64,000 bases of DNA, from positions 8,083,957 to 8,147,956 of the forward strand of contig MU053881.1 in assembly GCA_013239625.1 (NCBI GenBank). The letters run 5' to 3'. The translations under genes were made by a program, and so were the position numbers. The stretch's first letter is position 1. Every line of letters begins with the position of its first letter. The notes under the pieces were generated by a model. The model did no database searches and had not been told where the DNA came from. It saw nothing but the letters and a program-made list of their open reading frames with translations. This document shows, piece after piece, positions 27,560 through 41,230 of the stretch. This DNA comes from Lama guanicoe. Lineage: Eukaryota.

Positions 27560-27990
27560 GTCTTACTTTATAAAGGTGATCGAGTGCGAACCCAAGGAGG
27601 TCAGCGCCATTGAAAGAAAACTTGGTTGTTCCTCGGAGTTCTCCTAGAAATGGGAGGCACACCACACCATGCAGGGCCACGCAGAGAAGTACCAGAGTCC
27701 GCGAGCAGAAGCAAGAGGGAGGGGAGGCAGAGACCACAGCCTTTACTCGGGTTTCCTTTGGAAAGGCAAGACGGGGCTCAGTAAACAGCTTGGGATTGGC
27801 CAGTGGGACCATGGGCATATGAGCTGTCCCTGGTGGTCTGATACCTGGCCCACAGGTGACTTAGGCAGGGGTGATATCGGCTTGGTGTGTGAGAGATAAA
27901 GGAGGTGGTTGGGGCTATGGACTCGGGGTTGGTTAGTTTGTATATGAAAGATGGAATGACTGACAAATTGTTGACTATCTCAAGGAATAA
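27560..27990. mobile_element. ERVL-type LTR relic (MER76/LTR40-like; family uncertain)
   Basis: ccacaccatgcagggccacgcagagaagtaccagagtc...agcctttactcgggtttcc...gggattggccagt...ctgtccctggtggtctgatacctggccc. Confidence 0.55.
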
Positions 27991-30900
27991 ACCAGCTCTG
28001 AGAGAGGGAGTCTCTCCTCGGTCAGCAAGGCCCCCTAAGATGTCAGCCATCATACAATACAGAAAATTTAAATCCATGAATATACCCCAAACCCGTGGGA
28101 TTCCTCGATTCCTTCTTATTAGCTCCCCCCAACCACCATCTCACCACACCTGAAGCCCAAAATGGGTTGAAAGACTCAAGCATCCCTGAATTCTGATGGC
28201 AATACACATTCATCATCATTTCTGTCTTATTTTTTCCCCCTGGTGTATCATATGTCACTCTTCCCTCCCCAAATCATGTGACCTGAGGGGTTCTTGATCA
28301 AGTCCTGACTACTCTTAGGATTTTAAGTCACTCTCTCTCTCTCTCTCTAATCCTCACTTTCCTCTTTTTTGTTAAAAATGGTGGACTTGGACCTGATGGT
28401 CTCTCAGAGTGCCCGCAGCACTGACATTCTGTGACTCCACAGTTGTAATCCCCCAGAGGGCTGGCATCTCCTTCGGCAGGGCTGAAGGCCACAGTGGAGG
28501 ATATTGTTAATGACCTGAAAGCCAACAGCGATGCCCTGAAGTTAGGTGGCTGGATAGGTAGTTAGGGAGGGAGGGAGGTGGATATTTCGCAAGAAATCTC
28601 AGTGTTACAGTTCACAATCAGGGCTCAGAAAGTAAGTTCAAGGAAGATAACTCATTAGGACTGGAAGACTGGGTATCCCGTCCCCTGCCTCTCCCACTTC
28701 ATCCCAGTCCCAACTCCTGAAGGAAACAAAAAGGTCATCTCTGCATACACACAGACACCCGCACACACTCCTGAAGTCTCTTCTGAAATACGTGGGATGC
28801 ATAAAACAGCAAACGCTGTCAGATCTCAAGTTGGGCAAATACAGAGACAGCATTTTCAGTCTCATTGAAAAGTAGTTGTCAGAAATATGCCATTCATTCA
28901 GAGTCTCTAAGTGCTCTGTCAAGCTTTAACTTGATTAAAATTGAAAACCGCATCGCTTGAAAACCAAACGCGAAATCGAAATCTCTTTACTCAGTGCTCT
29001 TACATTCTGAAGCCTGGGCTTATGGATTATCTTCCGTTAATTTATGCCATCTTGGTGCCATACATTAATTTTGAATGTATTTGTTGAAAATTTCCTGTAG
29101 CTTGCATTTATGGTTGTCAAAGGGGCTTTTATCTTGAAAAAAATGGGGCTGGTTTTAATTACAATTCTAAATAGCTTCATAACCATTGTGAACCCTGGAT
29201 TTACATCATCTTTATGACAGCCGCACGATTCCCACTTTATTGATTTTGTCATTTGCTTCATTACAGTTAATGCAAACCTTTTGTAGAGACACAATTCAAG
29301 CTCTGCACTCTTCTTGGAGGGGTTCGTATAGCGCGTCATGACCGAAAGAGACCCCATCCCTCCACCCCCTGCTTCCACTGCAGTGCTGACCGAAGGATAA
29401 ATCCGGACAGGAAATAGTTCCAAAGTGGCTATCCATCACAGACAAAGGAAATGTTAGCTCTGACTGTCCAACCCTTTCCCCTGATCGGATGGGTTCCAAC
29501 TTTTCAGTTTTGAAGTCCTGGGAGGTGGCATCGCTCGCCGTGGCAGGACTGGTGGGTTCATCCCACCCCAGGCTTCCTTTGTCCTCTATTTTGAGAAGCC
29601 TCATGGCAGAGGTCACTCCATCTCACATTTCCCACGTGAATCCTGAACGCCCTGTGTCTAGTCTGGCCAGGGGCGAAGGAACCCCAGTGTATTGGGATGT
29701 TAAATGTGTCATGTCCTCTGCTGAGCATGTGGGCACCCAGGTAAGGATTCAAGGAACCTAGGATGGAAAACTGAAACCTTGGGTGGTGAATTCAAAAAGG
29801 AATTTTCTAAGGAATAAAAGAAAGGAGAACCTAAGCAGGGAGGCTGCTTCGGAAGACTTTGTGGACAAAGGCTGGCACGCTACGTAGGTGGAGCTTGGAT
29901 GGCCTAGAAACACAGCACTTTGACCTGGAAATGAGCATTTCCCCCTCAGCTCCAACTTCCAGGGGTTGTGAGGGACCTAGCCTTTAGCTAGGCTGTAAAA
30001 AGAGGGTAAACTTGCCAGAAAGAGCAGTGCTAGTCCCAAGATCACTTCTAGGGTTGAGGACTCCCATTTATAATGTACTTGAGTGGGAAATCTTGGGAAA
30101 ATCCCAGGAGGCTGGTTCTCTGTCCTGGCACCTCCCAGAAGCTTCTCAGTAAATCACTCAACTCCAGGGTGTCAGCCGGGGAATGGCTTTCTCCTCTTCT
30201 GCCTTCAGAGGCTGTGTTCCCCATTTTGTCAACCTCCCATTGGACGTGGGAGACTAGCCTTCGCTTCCGGATGCCACCATAAAAATTATCCAGCGCTTCT
30301 CAAAAGTCATCTCTGTGACTAATGGGAGGAAAGCCTGTTTCTGAGACCTGCTGTTTCTGACCAGGAAGAGGGGACACTTCAAGGAGGCAAGATAGAGGGA
30401 GCCACAGCAGCCTAACTGCTCATCTCTGACCCCACGAGCATCCAGAAGCTTGAGAGAGCAGGACATGTCCTACCGCAGACGTGCTCCACGAATCACGACC
30501 CGGCGGGCACTGGTGAGGCCGTCTGAGGTCGGTGGGTTCCTGTGGAGCATTTTGGCAAACGTTAATACCACAGTTCATTCATACTGGTATTTTTCTGCCA
30601 ACCTACCATTCAGACCTTCAGTATCTTAACTGTTCCAGACAAGAGGAAACTCACACCTGCATTCTCAACATACTGCGTTAAAATAAAACCTGACTCCTTG
30701 GCTAGTACCTGTAACAACACAATGTGGAAATCCTCATGTGAGGATTCAGGGGCTGGATTAAGATCCTGCAGCCCTGAATGTCTTCTCAGGAGGGGCGTGT
30801 AGAAATCATCTTATTTCACACTTATGTTTTACTGGTAGGGAAATTTTAGCCCAGAGAAGTTAGGCCACCACCCAGCAAGGTCAGAGATCCTTGTCACCTG

Positions 30901-31964
30901 ATTCCTGAGCAAACTGTTTTTATCTTCCCCACCGAACCACCGCGTCTTAAGAAAAACTCTGCTGCTGGCACATGGAGAAAAGAGAATCTTTGTTTTTCTT
31001 TTTTCCCCCCGAGTGAAGGGCTTCTTACCCTCTGTTCTCAAGTGGGAGCCATATCCTTATTTCCCTTTTCTGGAATCAGGGGAGGAATTAGAAGCCTCGT
31101 TCAGGCTTGACGTGACCAGCTAATAGCAGCAAGAGAGACGCAAAAACGGTCCTTCCAGACTGTCGGTTAAACTGACTCTCACCTTAGCACCCGGGTGGGA
31201 AACCGTCTCAGTTCCCTTCGACTCCTAGGCCTTTCTCTCCTTTGTTTTTCTGGCTTCTTCCTTCTTATCCAGCTTTTTGGAATTTATTCAGCTCAGTGAG
31301 ACCTGCTCCAGAGTCCTGCCGGCGTTTGGAGCCAAACAGTCGGGGAAGTGACTCACTGTTTTTACCTGGCGTCGCTCCTCATCGCTTCCCCAGCCCACTC
31401 CGACCTCTGGTCAGAGACCTTCTCTTGCTGCCCCGAGGGTATCGGCCGAGGTCTCCTTCCCAGCCTTCCCAGAGAGGGAAGCCAGAGAACCAATCTGAGA
31501 AAAGAAATGAAGAACTCAGCTTCTGAAATGCAAACACAATCCTCCGAGTTATCTGTGCTGGTAGCAGTGGAGAGGAGGCAGCAGTGGTGTGGAAAACACA
31601 AAATAGTGGCTAATCCCCCGACGTTTTACATTTGACTTGGAAATCGAGCCAGTGACTTTTACCTCTTTCCATTAAGTTTACCACTCCCTCGTTCCCTTGC
31701 TTAAACCGACTTTATTTTTCCCTGAGTGTAGAGTGACTGGTAGTGTCCCCAGAGTTCTACCAATAATCCCCCCCAGCATGTTTCTCCCCATCATTCTCAT
31801 TGCTCTTCAAATGCTGAGATGTTCTCTTCCACGTAAAACAGAATTGGGTTTGCAGCCTGATTGTGCCTAGTATAAGATCTGCGCCTGGGTTTCCCTGCCT
31901 TTCTCTGTGACATTGTCACAGGAAAATCACCCTCAGTGTGATGCTCTCATAAAGCTCCTCCTTT

Positions 31965-32680
31965 TTCAATTTTTTTAAGGTAAAATTCACATAACATCAA
32001 GGTCACCGTTGTAAAGTATGCAGTTCAGTGGCGTTTATTACATTAGCAGTGTTGTAACTTCCATTTTTATTTGAAACATTTTCATCCCCCCCCAGAAGGA
32101 AACCCCATACCCAGTAAGCACTCATTCCCCAGTCCCCGCTCACCCCCAGTCCATTGCAACAGGTTAATCTATTTTCTGTTTCTATAGACTATCTGTGCTG
32201 AATATTTCACATAAATGGAATCCTACAATGTGTGTCCTTTTTTGTTTGGCCCTTTCACTTGGCATCATGTTTTCAGGGTTCATCCATGTTGGAGTATGTA
32301 GCGGTATTCCGTTCCTTTTTATGACTGAATAATATTCCATTGTGTGGCCGGCTTGCAGTGTGTTTATCCATTCACCCACTGGCTGACATTTGGACCGTTT
32401 CTGCCCTTTGGCTGTTGTGAATAGCGCTGCGAACGTTTGTGTACAGGTTTTTGTTTGAACACCTGTTTTCCGTTCTTTGAAGTATAGCCCTAGGAGTGGA
32501 ATTGTGAGTCGTCAGGTCATCCTGTTTCACTTTTTGAGAAACCATTAAAATGTTTTCCAGAGTAGCTGCTGCACCATTTAATGTTCCCTCCAGCCAGGTG
32601 GGAGGGTCCCGATTTTGTGACATCTTTGCCAGCACTTGCCTTTCCATCCGCGTGGGGGTGAAGTGGTATCTCCTCGGGAC
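31965..32680 (-). mobile_element. L1MB 3' fragment
   Basis: taaaattcacataaca...atttcacataaatggaatcctacaatgtgtg...gactgaataatattccattgtgtgg...gtacaggtttttgtttgaacacctgtttt. Confidence 0.88.
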
Positions 32681-35069
32681 CCCCTCGGGTTTTGTAGCAA
32701 GCCCTTCCTGTGTGCCAGGTGCTGTGAGGCAGGTGCAGTCGGGAGCAAGACAGCTCCTGCCCCTGCTCTCCTGCTGCGATGAGTCCAGGCATCCATTATT
32801 CATCAGGAGTCACAGTGAAGGAAGAGCAGCCGGCCTCCTCCCCGAGTCTTTCGGTTCTGTGCGTTAGCTGGATTGGATGTAGTTATCAGCACTGCCCATG
32901 TTGCTGAGTTCTGATGCCCCTTTTTTCGGCAGTTAATTACAGGGACCTTGATATCCCCTTACACCGAGCTTACAAGACACATTTTAATTGGCTTCTGCCG
33001 CTGCAAAGATACCTTTGAGTGACGCCTGGCTAATGGCCACTGACCCCGCACATCCGAGTGCGCGACCTGGCGAGTGCTGCCCCGTTGTTTCAGGACCTGG
33101 GGCTTGTACACCTTTGGAAGACAAGTCTGTGTCACCACTGGGGAAGGCCAGGCCCAGGAAAGACTGATTAAAATCTGTGCAGTTTGCCACTTGCCTGGAG
33201 CAGAGTCATTTCCCTGGATGTGCCTCGCCTCCCAGCTCAAGAAAGCAGTAAGCTGTTGCAGCCGGGTTGGGAGTCCGCCCATCGGGCCCCAATAAGCGAT
33301 CCGGGATTGTAGCATCTCCTGAGGGATGTAGGCACCTTCCCATTATCCTCAACAACTGGAGCTAAAATCAGTCTGCTTTCCCCAAGGATTCTAAAAGTCC
33401 CGTGGCCTAGGACTCCCAGGAAATCTAATTCAGAGACACCCAGGGGACAGCGAGGGGACACTATGAAGTGTACTGCCCTCATCTACCGTCTTCTGGGTCA
33501 GAATGCTTGCAGGCCAGTGAAAGCTACTGGGTCCCAGTGACATGTGCCAAGACCAAACTGCGACTTTTCTGGCCAGCCTCTTTCCAACCGAAGATGAGTG
33601 AGTTAAGTCCGCATAGTCATATTACAGGCTCCCCATCCTTGCACTATGAAAGTCAGAGAGCAGTGGGATAGCGTGGAGGGTAAGCCCCGAGGCTCCTGGA
33701 TCAGGAAGACAGGTCTGAACCTGACCCTCCGATGTATATTAGCTGAGGTGCCTTGAAGATGCTACGTAACCTCTCTCTGAACCTTGGTTTCCTCTCGTGT
33801 TGGCAACTAGTCCTCCTGCTGAAAAATACATGCTGTCGTGGAGGGAGGCCCGAAGGGTCAGGAGGGTTTGGAAAGAGCGGTTCATTTTGCCCGAGTTTTC
33901 ACAGGCAGGTTTCAGAGAGGATGTGGCCTCTGAGGAAGGTCTTGAGGGAAGGGAAGGGATTCCCCGAACGGAGGAAGCGGGGTAAAGACCAGCGTGAGTG
34001 AGGCACAGAAACATGCGAGAGGTGTGGCACTTCCCCACGGTGCGTCGGGGAGTGGGACAGCACCACGCTAGGGAGTCTGGGCTGTTTACAAAGCAGCAGC
34101 ATCACCAGCGGTCACCACGGGCACGGACAGACCTGCCTGGGTTCAGAGCCGAGCCTAGAGATGGATGAGACGCTCGACACCTCACTTGCCTTTTCTGCAA
34201 AACAGGGATGATGGCGTTGTGAGACCCAACCGGGAGGAGGTAACCGAAGGTGCTCCGCTCAATTCCTGATGCACAATAAATGGGAATGGGTGCTGCATGA
34301 GGCGATGATTGTGGTTGTGTTGCTGCTGTTACAGTTTGTAGTGTGGCCACAGGGAGTCGTCAAAGGCTTGTGCACAGATTAAGGACTGAAGATGAAGAAA
34401 CCCCATGCCACAGGTGACGGTGTGCCATTGGACTATTTTAGGTGCTCAACACATGTACTTGATTAGTTATTCATTGCAAGCATTCTCCCAGAAATGGGGT
34501 TAAATTTTGCAATTACCCTCCTTAGCGGTTCTCGCCTGTGGGAATTGTAAGTATGGGCCCATACTGACATCGTCATCCTGGTTAGAGAAGAATTTGTATT
34601 TCCTTTCGTGTAGGTTTTTGATGGCTCCTTGTATTTCAGTTTCCCATCCGCTGGAGAAGTACAAAAGGCATATGAGTCTGAACTGCCACCCTCAGTCCAG
34701 AAATAATATATCGAGTATCTCAATTATAGATGCTTTGGTCTGGGGCAGAGGAAGAAGGGATAGACGGCTAGGCTCAAATCACAGCAGGATCTGAGTAAGA
34801 TGAGCAGGAACTTTTTCTTAAAGATCTCATAAGAAATCGGCCTCAGGGCACATAACTTCAGAGCTGAAAGAGACTTTTAGAGATTACCTGGACATATTCT
34901 TATATTTAACATTATTTGTTTTAAAGCAAAGAAAACTAAGCAATGCCACGAGTGCAATTTCAGAGTGCATACATGTCATAACTTCCATACTCAGAACTTC
35001 CTTTCAGGCTAAACGCTATTGTCTCCATTTTACAGATGGAGAAACTGAGACTTGGGGGCATGGATGGCA

Positions 35070-35422
35070 TCACAGTCCATTCAAGCTGGAATAACAGAAT
35101 ATCCTAAACTGGGTAGCTTAGGAACAGCAGACGTTTGTTTCTCCCAGTTCTGGAGGCTGGGAAGTCCAAGATCAAGGCACAGGCAGATTCTGTGTGTGCT
35201 GAGGTTTTGCGTCCTAAACAACTATCTTTTTGCTAGAGGGTCACGGGACAGAAGGAGCGAGGGAGCTTTTTAAGGGCCTCATTTATAAGGTCATTAATCC
35301 CATTCATGAGGCTCTGCTTTCATGACCCCGTCACCTCCCAGAGACCCCACCGACCTCTTAATCACCTTGAGGGGTAGATTTCAACATATGAATTTTGGGC
35401 AGACACAAACATTCGGTCTATA
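35070..35422 (-). mobile_element. MLT1A-like LTR
   Basis: cagttctggaggctgggaagtccaagatcaagg...ttataaggtcattaatcccattcatgagg...atttcaacatatgaattttggg..gacacaaacattcggtctatagca. Confidence 0.85.
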
Positions 35423-35660
35423 GCATTCTGCCCCTGGTCCCCAGATTTCATGTCCTTCTCACATGCAGAATAACATTCATTCCATCCCAGCAGACCCGCA
35501 CTCATTCCAGCATCAACTTCAAAGTCTAAAGTCCAAAGTCCCATTGGAATATCATCTGGATCACATATGGGTGGGACTCAAGGTACGATTCATTCTGGGG
35601 CAAATGCTCTCCAGCTGTGAACCTGCAAAATCAAACATGTATGTGCTTCCAAAACACAAA
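35423..35660 (-). mobile_element. MLT1 internal segment adjoining the LTR
   Basis: ttctgcccctggtccccagatttcatgtccttctcacatgcagaataacattcattccatccc...tctccagctgtgaacctg. Confidence 0.7.
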
Positions 35661-36469
35661 GATCTTTCGAGGTCTTAGGAGGCCATTCTTGCCCTCCCTG
35701 TGATGCAGCCTCGAGGCGGCTGGGGGAGGTCGGAGACTTCAGCCTTGAGTGGTGCTGAATGCATCTGAATGAAAACCAGCATCCTGCCTGCCCTCTGACG
35801 CCTGTAGCTACTTTGGTCTGGGAAGAGTTGCTCTGCTCTGGCTGCGCTTGTGGGTCAGGTTCTCATGCTGAAATAGTTTATCTCTAGAGTCCAAAGGGAA
35901 ATTTTCCAAAACCTCCTTGGGGGTGAAAAAAATTTAAAAACTCACTGCAGTTTGTGCTGGTTGATTTAAAAAAAAGAGGTAAAACACAAAGGTGTGGGAG
36001 ATAACTTTCAGGCCTGTTACCCAAAGCACATTTCATCTTTCCAATTTCTCATCCCTGCCCTCCTCTGCCAGAGAGGAACCTCAGATGGTTATCGCTCAAG
36101 AGTGTAACTAGGGAAACCACAAACCTGCCCCAATCACTATGGAGACAACCTTTTATTTGTTTGGCCTCTGAGTATTCATGACATCAGCAAGGATGCTCCT
36201 CACAAAGGAATTTTAATTCCCAACGAGGAAGGTTAAGAACTGCATTATAATATTTCAGCAGCTTGGAGAACTCCCACCGGCTTAGTCGTCGCTGTGTTTG
36301 TGAAGGGACAGCCCACGTTACAGTAGCTGCAGTGAGGAGCCTTTTCGAGCTGACGTAACTGAAATCAGAGTTTGTGAATCAACAAGACATGTTCAGGTTT
36401 AGGGATACTGGTGAAGGAAGGACGTGCTGAGAATAAATCTGTTTCCAGCAGTCAGCCCCAGGGCTGTAA

Positions 36470-36587
36470 TAAGGTGCACAACCATCAGGTTTGCCTGGCA
36501 TGGACGCCCTCCCAGGACAGGTCTCAGAAGTTTCAGTGCTAAAACGGGGGACGTTCCAGGCACACCTTGGCAAGTTGGACATCCTAG
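36470..36587. mobile_element. MER81-like hAT MITE
   Basis: caaccatcaggtttgcctgg...tttcagtgctaaaacgggggacgttccaggca...agttggacatccta. Confidence 0.7.
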
Positions 36588-39500
36588 ATACGAAGCCCTT
36601 TGGTCCTCACATCAGGCTGACACAAGAAAGGCTGGGTTTGAGGTGTGCCTCAAAACGTGAGAGCTCATTTTGCAAACAGTAACCAACCTCCCTCAGTCCC
36701 TTGGTCTCAAAGCTGCTAGGAAACAAAAGAAACTCTCTCGTTGTGAATGTGGGGTATCTTCGTTGGATTTGCTTTTTGTTTGTTGTTCTTTCATTTATCT
36801 AGAAATGCCAGAAGTTTGCTTCAAATCGAAAGTTGTCCAAAAGAAATGAGAGCTCAGCTTCTTTCCAACCACTATCCTTCCTGCTAAATTGGTTTGCTGG
36901 GATTTCCACCCCCTACCCCCCACCCCCTGCATTTTTCTGCACAAATTCCTTTGCCAAATCCCCAACAAACTGGAAACTATGTAAACACAGAAGCAGAGTT
37001 ATTGATATTTCCCCGTGATGTGTAAAACACGCCTTTATTCTCCAAGGTCTGGTGTGCCTCTTTGGTGCTCATCCATCACCTGTGTTTGCATTAACGCACA
37101 GCCTGTTTCCAGGAGCATCTACTGCAGTGGACGCAGTTACTCCCCCGCTGAGAAGTTGCATACGTCGAGCAACAATATGATACATACCAAATAAAAGGTA
37201 TTAATGCTAGCCATGTGTGTGTGTAGCAATGCTTGCTGGAACAAATTCATGCTTCAATTTGTAACTAAGTTCTAGGCAAGATGTTCCGATCAGAGAGTTT
37301 AATTAACCAGGACTCTGTCCCCTTGCAAAGTGGGATGGGTTGGCTGAAGTTTTGGAATACTAACCATCATTTAATTATCTAAATATCTTCGTAAACAGGA
37401 CTGTTCGCAGGCACGTTAAACTTTTAGAGGTCAATTATTGCTTACTATGCCTATTTTATAATATACATTTGCATTTACATGCATACAGTAGGGAAACAGT
37501 ACCTGTAATTATTATGTAGGAAAAATAGGCATAAACTTGTCAGCGCTATACACAGGGATCTTTGCGGATACATAAATAATTCATGGATCAGCAAACATAT
37601 CTATACGTGTGTATTCTTGGGGCCGGTGGACAAGTGTACCAAATGTGCAAAATAATAGATCCACCTCTTCTTGCTCATTTGAGATGTTGTTTTAATGTGG
37701 AATTACAGTAGCTCCTTAACGATGAGAGGCAGTGACAATTCATTAGCAGACCGTGGCTTGGATCAAGTGTTTGATTTGCCTACAAAGTGTGACCAGTACT
37801 CAATTACATGAAGTGTATGCATTTCTTTTGAACACGTTTTTTTTTTTTTTTTCCTTTTGCCGGTTAAAATAACCTTGAGCTTTATTTTTTTTTTCTTTTG
37901 AATACCCCAGCCAGCAGAAGACAAATGCTTTTATAATTTGTTTTTCAATAATGATTTTTTAGAATATTAAACTGTCGTGTAAGACAACCTCCAGCAGCAC
38001 TGCTAGATTTCTTGTTTTCTGCTAAAAGGACAGTTGGATAACAGGGAGAAAGGAAAAGCAGGTGACGGCTACTTCATGCTTTGTCTTCTGGCTTGTTTTA
38101 CGTAAGCTGGGATTTCCCAGGTCTTTTGTTCATAGTGGCAACATTCTATTTATCCTCAGGGTTAGAAAAAGAAATACACTTTGAATATATATATGTAGGA
38201 ACATATATATTTCATCAAAAACAAATTCAAATTAGCTCAGTTTTTAGAATTCTCTTATACCTTTTAAGGTAATTGAGATGTAAAGACCACAGGTGGTAAC
38301 TTTTCAAATATTTTCAAAGGACATCTCACATGTCATTCTGTATCCCGGGTACCTAATACAGTGTGAACATCTAATAATACTCATTTGCTCTTATGGCTTC
38401 GTTAAGTGTTGGATTCCGAGACCACAGACTTGCTTTGAATGTCTAAGTAAGACTTCCCTTGTGCATTTCATGGAGAAGTCCTTCCACTGATCTTGTGCAT
38501 TTCGTATAGGTAGTTTTGCTCAGAAATCGGCAAACTGTTTAACTAACTCCGAAAGGTGCCGAACCTTAGCTCCCTTCCCCACTTAGCATGAAGAGGACCC
38601 CGGTCCTGGAGCAAAACACTGCAGCTGGATTTGGGGCTCCCCGGAGTGACAGTGCCCCGAGGCTAGGTTTAACCATCCATGGGCCAAGGCACTGGGGCTC
38701 CCAGAACATCTGGATGAGAAGTGAACATCTGGGCAGACGTACCCTGGTATGTCAACCTTGCATCCGGATAACTAGTTGGGAATTGTTCACTTCTCCCAGC
38801 TATCCAAAGCCTGTTTCTGGAGATTTCTCCTTTCGAGGTGTTCCTTCTGCGGTCTCATATGCATCCTTGAAATCATAAACCATCTTTCTTCTTTTGTTCT
38901 TGTGTGCTGGTGGTGCTGGTGGTGCTGGTGTTTGGGAGGTACATTTGCTCTTAAGAGTGTAACCAGTTTTTTTTTTTTTGAAGCCCCTTTTTTGAGGATT
39001 TAGATAGGCTTCTTTCCATGTTTGAACCGCCAAAAAATATTTCTATCCCGCTTCAGTGATGAAATTTGAAATTGTGATCGAAAGAGATGAATTGTGATAG
39101 CACTACGCTTACAGAGGGGAATTCTTACAAAAGCACCGTCTCCCTGTCTGCTGTTTGTGGAGATTATTTTAAGCCCTCACTCCCGCTGGCTTTCCTTTCT
39201 GACTTGTTTATATTCTCAGAGTATAAAAATACAGTAGTCAGAAACCTCCTCTCGGGGAGTCTACATTTAGTTCTTGTCTGAGGATTCCTTTCTGAATGGA
39301 CTCCGGTATCGTTTTAGCTCTCAGCGTTGTTTGCCGAAACCTGAGCTGCCCAGGGAAATTAGAGCAGTTAATTTAATACCATGAACGTGCGGGGGCTTCT
39401 CGCCTTATTCACAGGCAGGAGAGTGTAAATCACACTGAGTATTCTGTATGAAGGAGAGGATCATAAAAGTCGCCTCAAAAAAAAAAAATACAGCCATCCT

Positions 39501-40036
39501 TTGCCTTCCCTCTATCCGCTGCCTTCCTGCTCCTCATCTTCACTCTGTGCACATGGAAATCTCCCTTTCTTCCAAATGGCCTCCCCCAAATGCTCGCTAG
39601 CAGAGATCTGTGGGGCAGAAAGGCAGCCCTCTTTCTCATTCCGGGAGCGCTCCATCGTTCTGCACTGTTAGTGTTGGGGCCAGAGGGCCACAGCCAGGAC
39701 AGCGTGGCTCGGCTTAGCACTTTCTGCCTTATATTTGGGCCCAGCCCTACCACACCTGCCCTAGGAGGACTCATTCTGCAGCTGCACGTGACCAGCTGTG
39801 AAGTTCCTGGCACTATGCTAGGCACTGGGGTAGGTTATTCTGTGTGGTAAGAAGACAGGATTCAGTAGCAGTATGGTAACCCACTTCTTCTGGCCGAGGG
39901 ACACTAGAAAGAGAGCTGCCAGGCACTCTCCAACTGCTGAGTTCTCAGCGCTCCGCTTCCAGAGTTCCTTGGCCCGGGCCTCCTGAGTAACGGCGATCTG
40001 TGTGCAGTGGGCAATGGAATTTTATTTTTTTTTTTT

Positions 40037-40046
40037 NNNNNNNNNN
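40037..40046. other. Assembly gap (10 N) inside a poly-T run
   Basis: Directly visible. Confidence 0.99.
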
Positions 40047-41014
40047 TTTTTTTTTTTTTTTTTTCTGAGAGGATCTTTGAATGAGTCTTTTCAAAGGCAC
40101 AGTATGGACCTTGGACCTGAGAGCTTAGAACACACGTCAGCGGCCTCCATCAACCCCCAGAAGCAAATGGCCAAGTCAGATGTTTTGGCCTTCGCTCTGG
40201 AAGGTTCTCTGTGTGCCTAGCCGCACTCCCCTCCCGCACCCGCGAAGAAACGCTTGGGTTTGCACTTATTTCCTCTCCCTCTCCTGTGCCTCAGGACTAG
40301 CTTGTGTGTGTCTGAGATGTAATTTAGAAAGAAAATGAAACCTTGTCTGAACCAAGTGTGTATTTACTTTGTTTTAGGAGCCAAGCTTATTTGCATGAAA
40401 TATCAGAATTGATTGCAGACAATTAATGAGCATTTTGCGAACAGGCTGATGCTCAGTGCCATGGAGATAGCATAGCTGGGAGGTGAAGCAACTCAGGTCT
40501 CCGTTTGCCTGACAGGACCCTCGCAGGCCCTACCCCTGTGGACTTCCGTATGAACGGTGCATCTCGGGAGCGACTCTGACACTGAGGCAGGGAGACTGTT
40601 TATCTGTGACTAGAATGAAAGGAGACAATCTTGGTTATGATAAATGTCTTCCAGAAAAGCACACTTCAGCATAAATATTTTAGATTTTGACACATTTCAT
40701 ATGTTCCAAAATACTCTGTAAAATACACCCATAGAGATGCTATGTTAAAGCTCGGTTTTCCCCATTGCTAATGAACGGCAAGGTGCCGGCGCGTGCCACC
40801 TGCTGAAACTATTTAAACATCACGTAATTGATAATGTAGCAGACATCTCCGCTTTGAGCCTTAACGTGAGCAGGGTCCTCTCAGGGACCCTTCATCCCCA
40901 CCACTTCTGTCTCCTGGGTTGCAAGACCCTGGTGGAACACTGAGTAGTGGATTTTTTTTTATCTTTTGCTCATCTCCTTTCCCTCTACCCTTTTAAATTT
41001 TTTCTATTATCTTT

Positions 41015-41230
41015 TCTTTTTAAGTTGAACTATAGTTGATTCACAAAGTTGGGTTAGTTTCTGGTGTACAGAACAGTGATACAGTTATACATACATACAT
41101 ATATATATATATATATTCCTTTTCACATTGTTTTTCATTATAGCCTATTACAAGGGATCGAATGTAGTTCCCTGTGCTATGCAGTAAGACCTTGTCATTT
41201 ATCTATGTTTTATCTATGGTAGTTAGTAAG
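41015..41230 (-). mobile_element. L1 3' end with embedded (TA)n
   Basis: tatagttgattcacaa...ttagtttctggtgtacagaacagtgatacagttatacat...tagttccctgtgctatgcagtaagaccttg. Confidence 0.8.

Noticed and set aside
40020..40065. Long poly-T as a possible retrocopy tail
   Set aside because: It spans an N gap so its length is unreliable, and no element body or TSD is adjacent.
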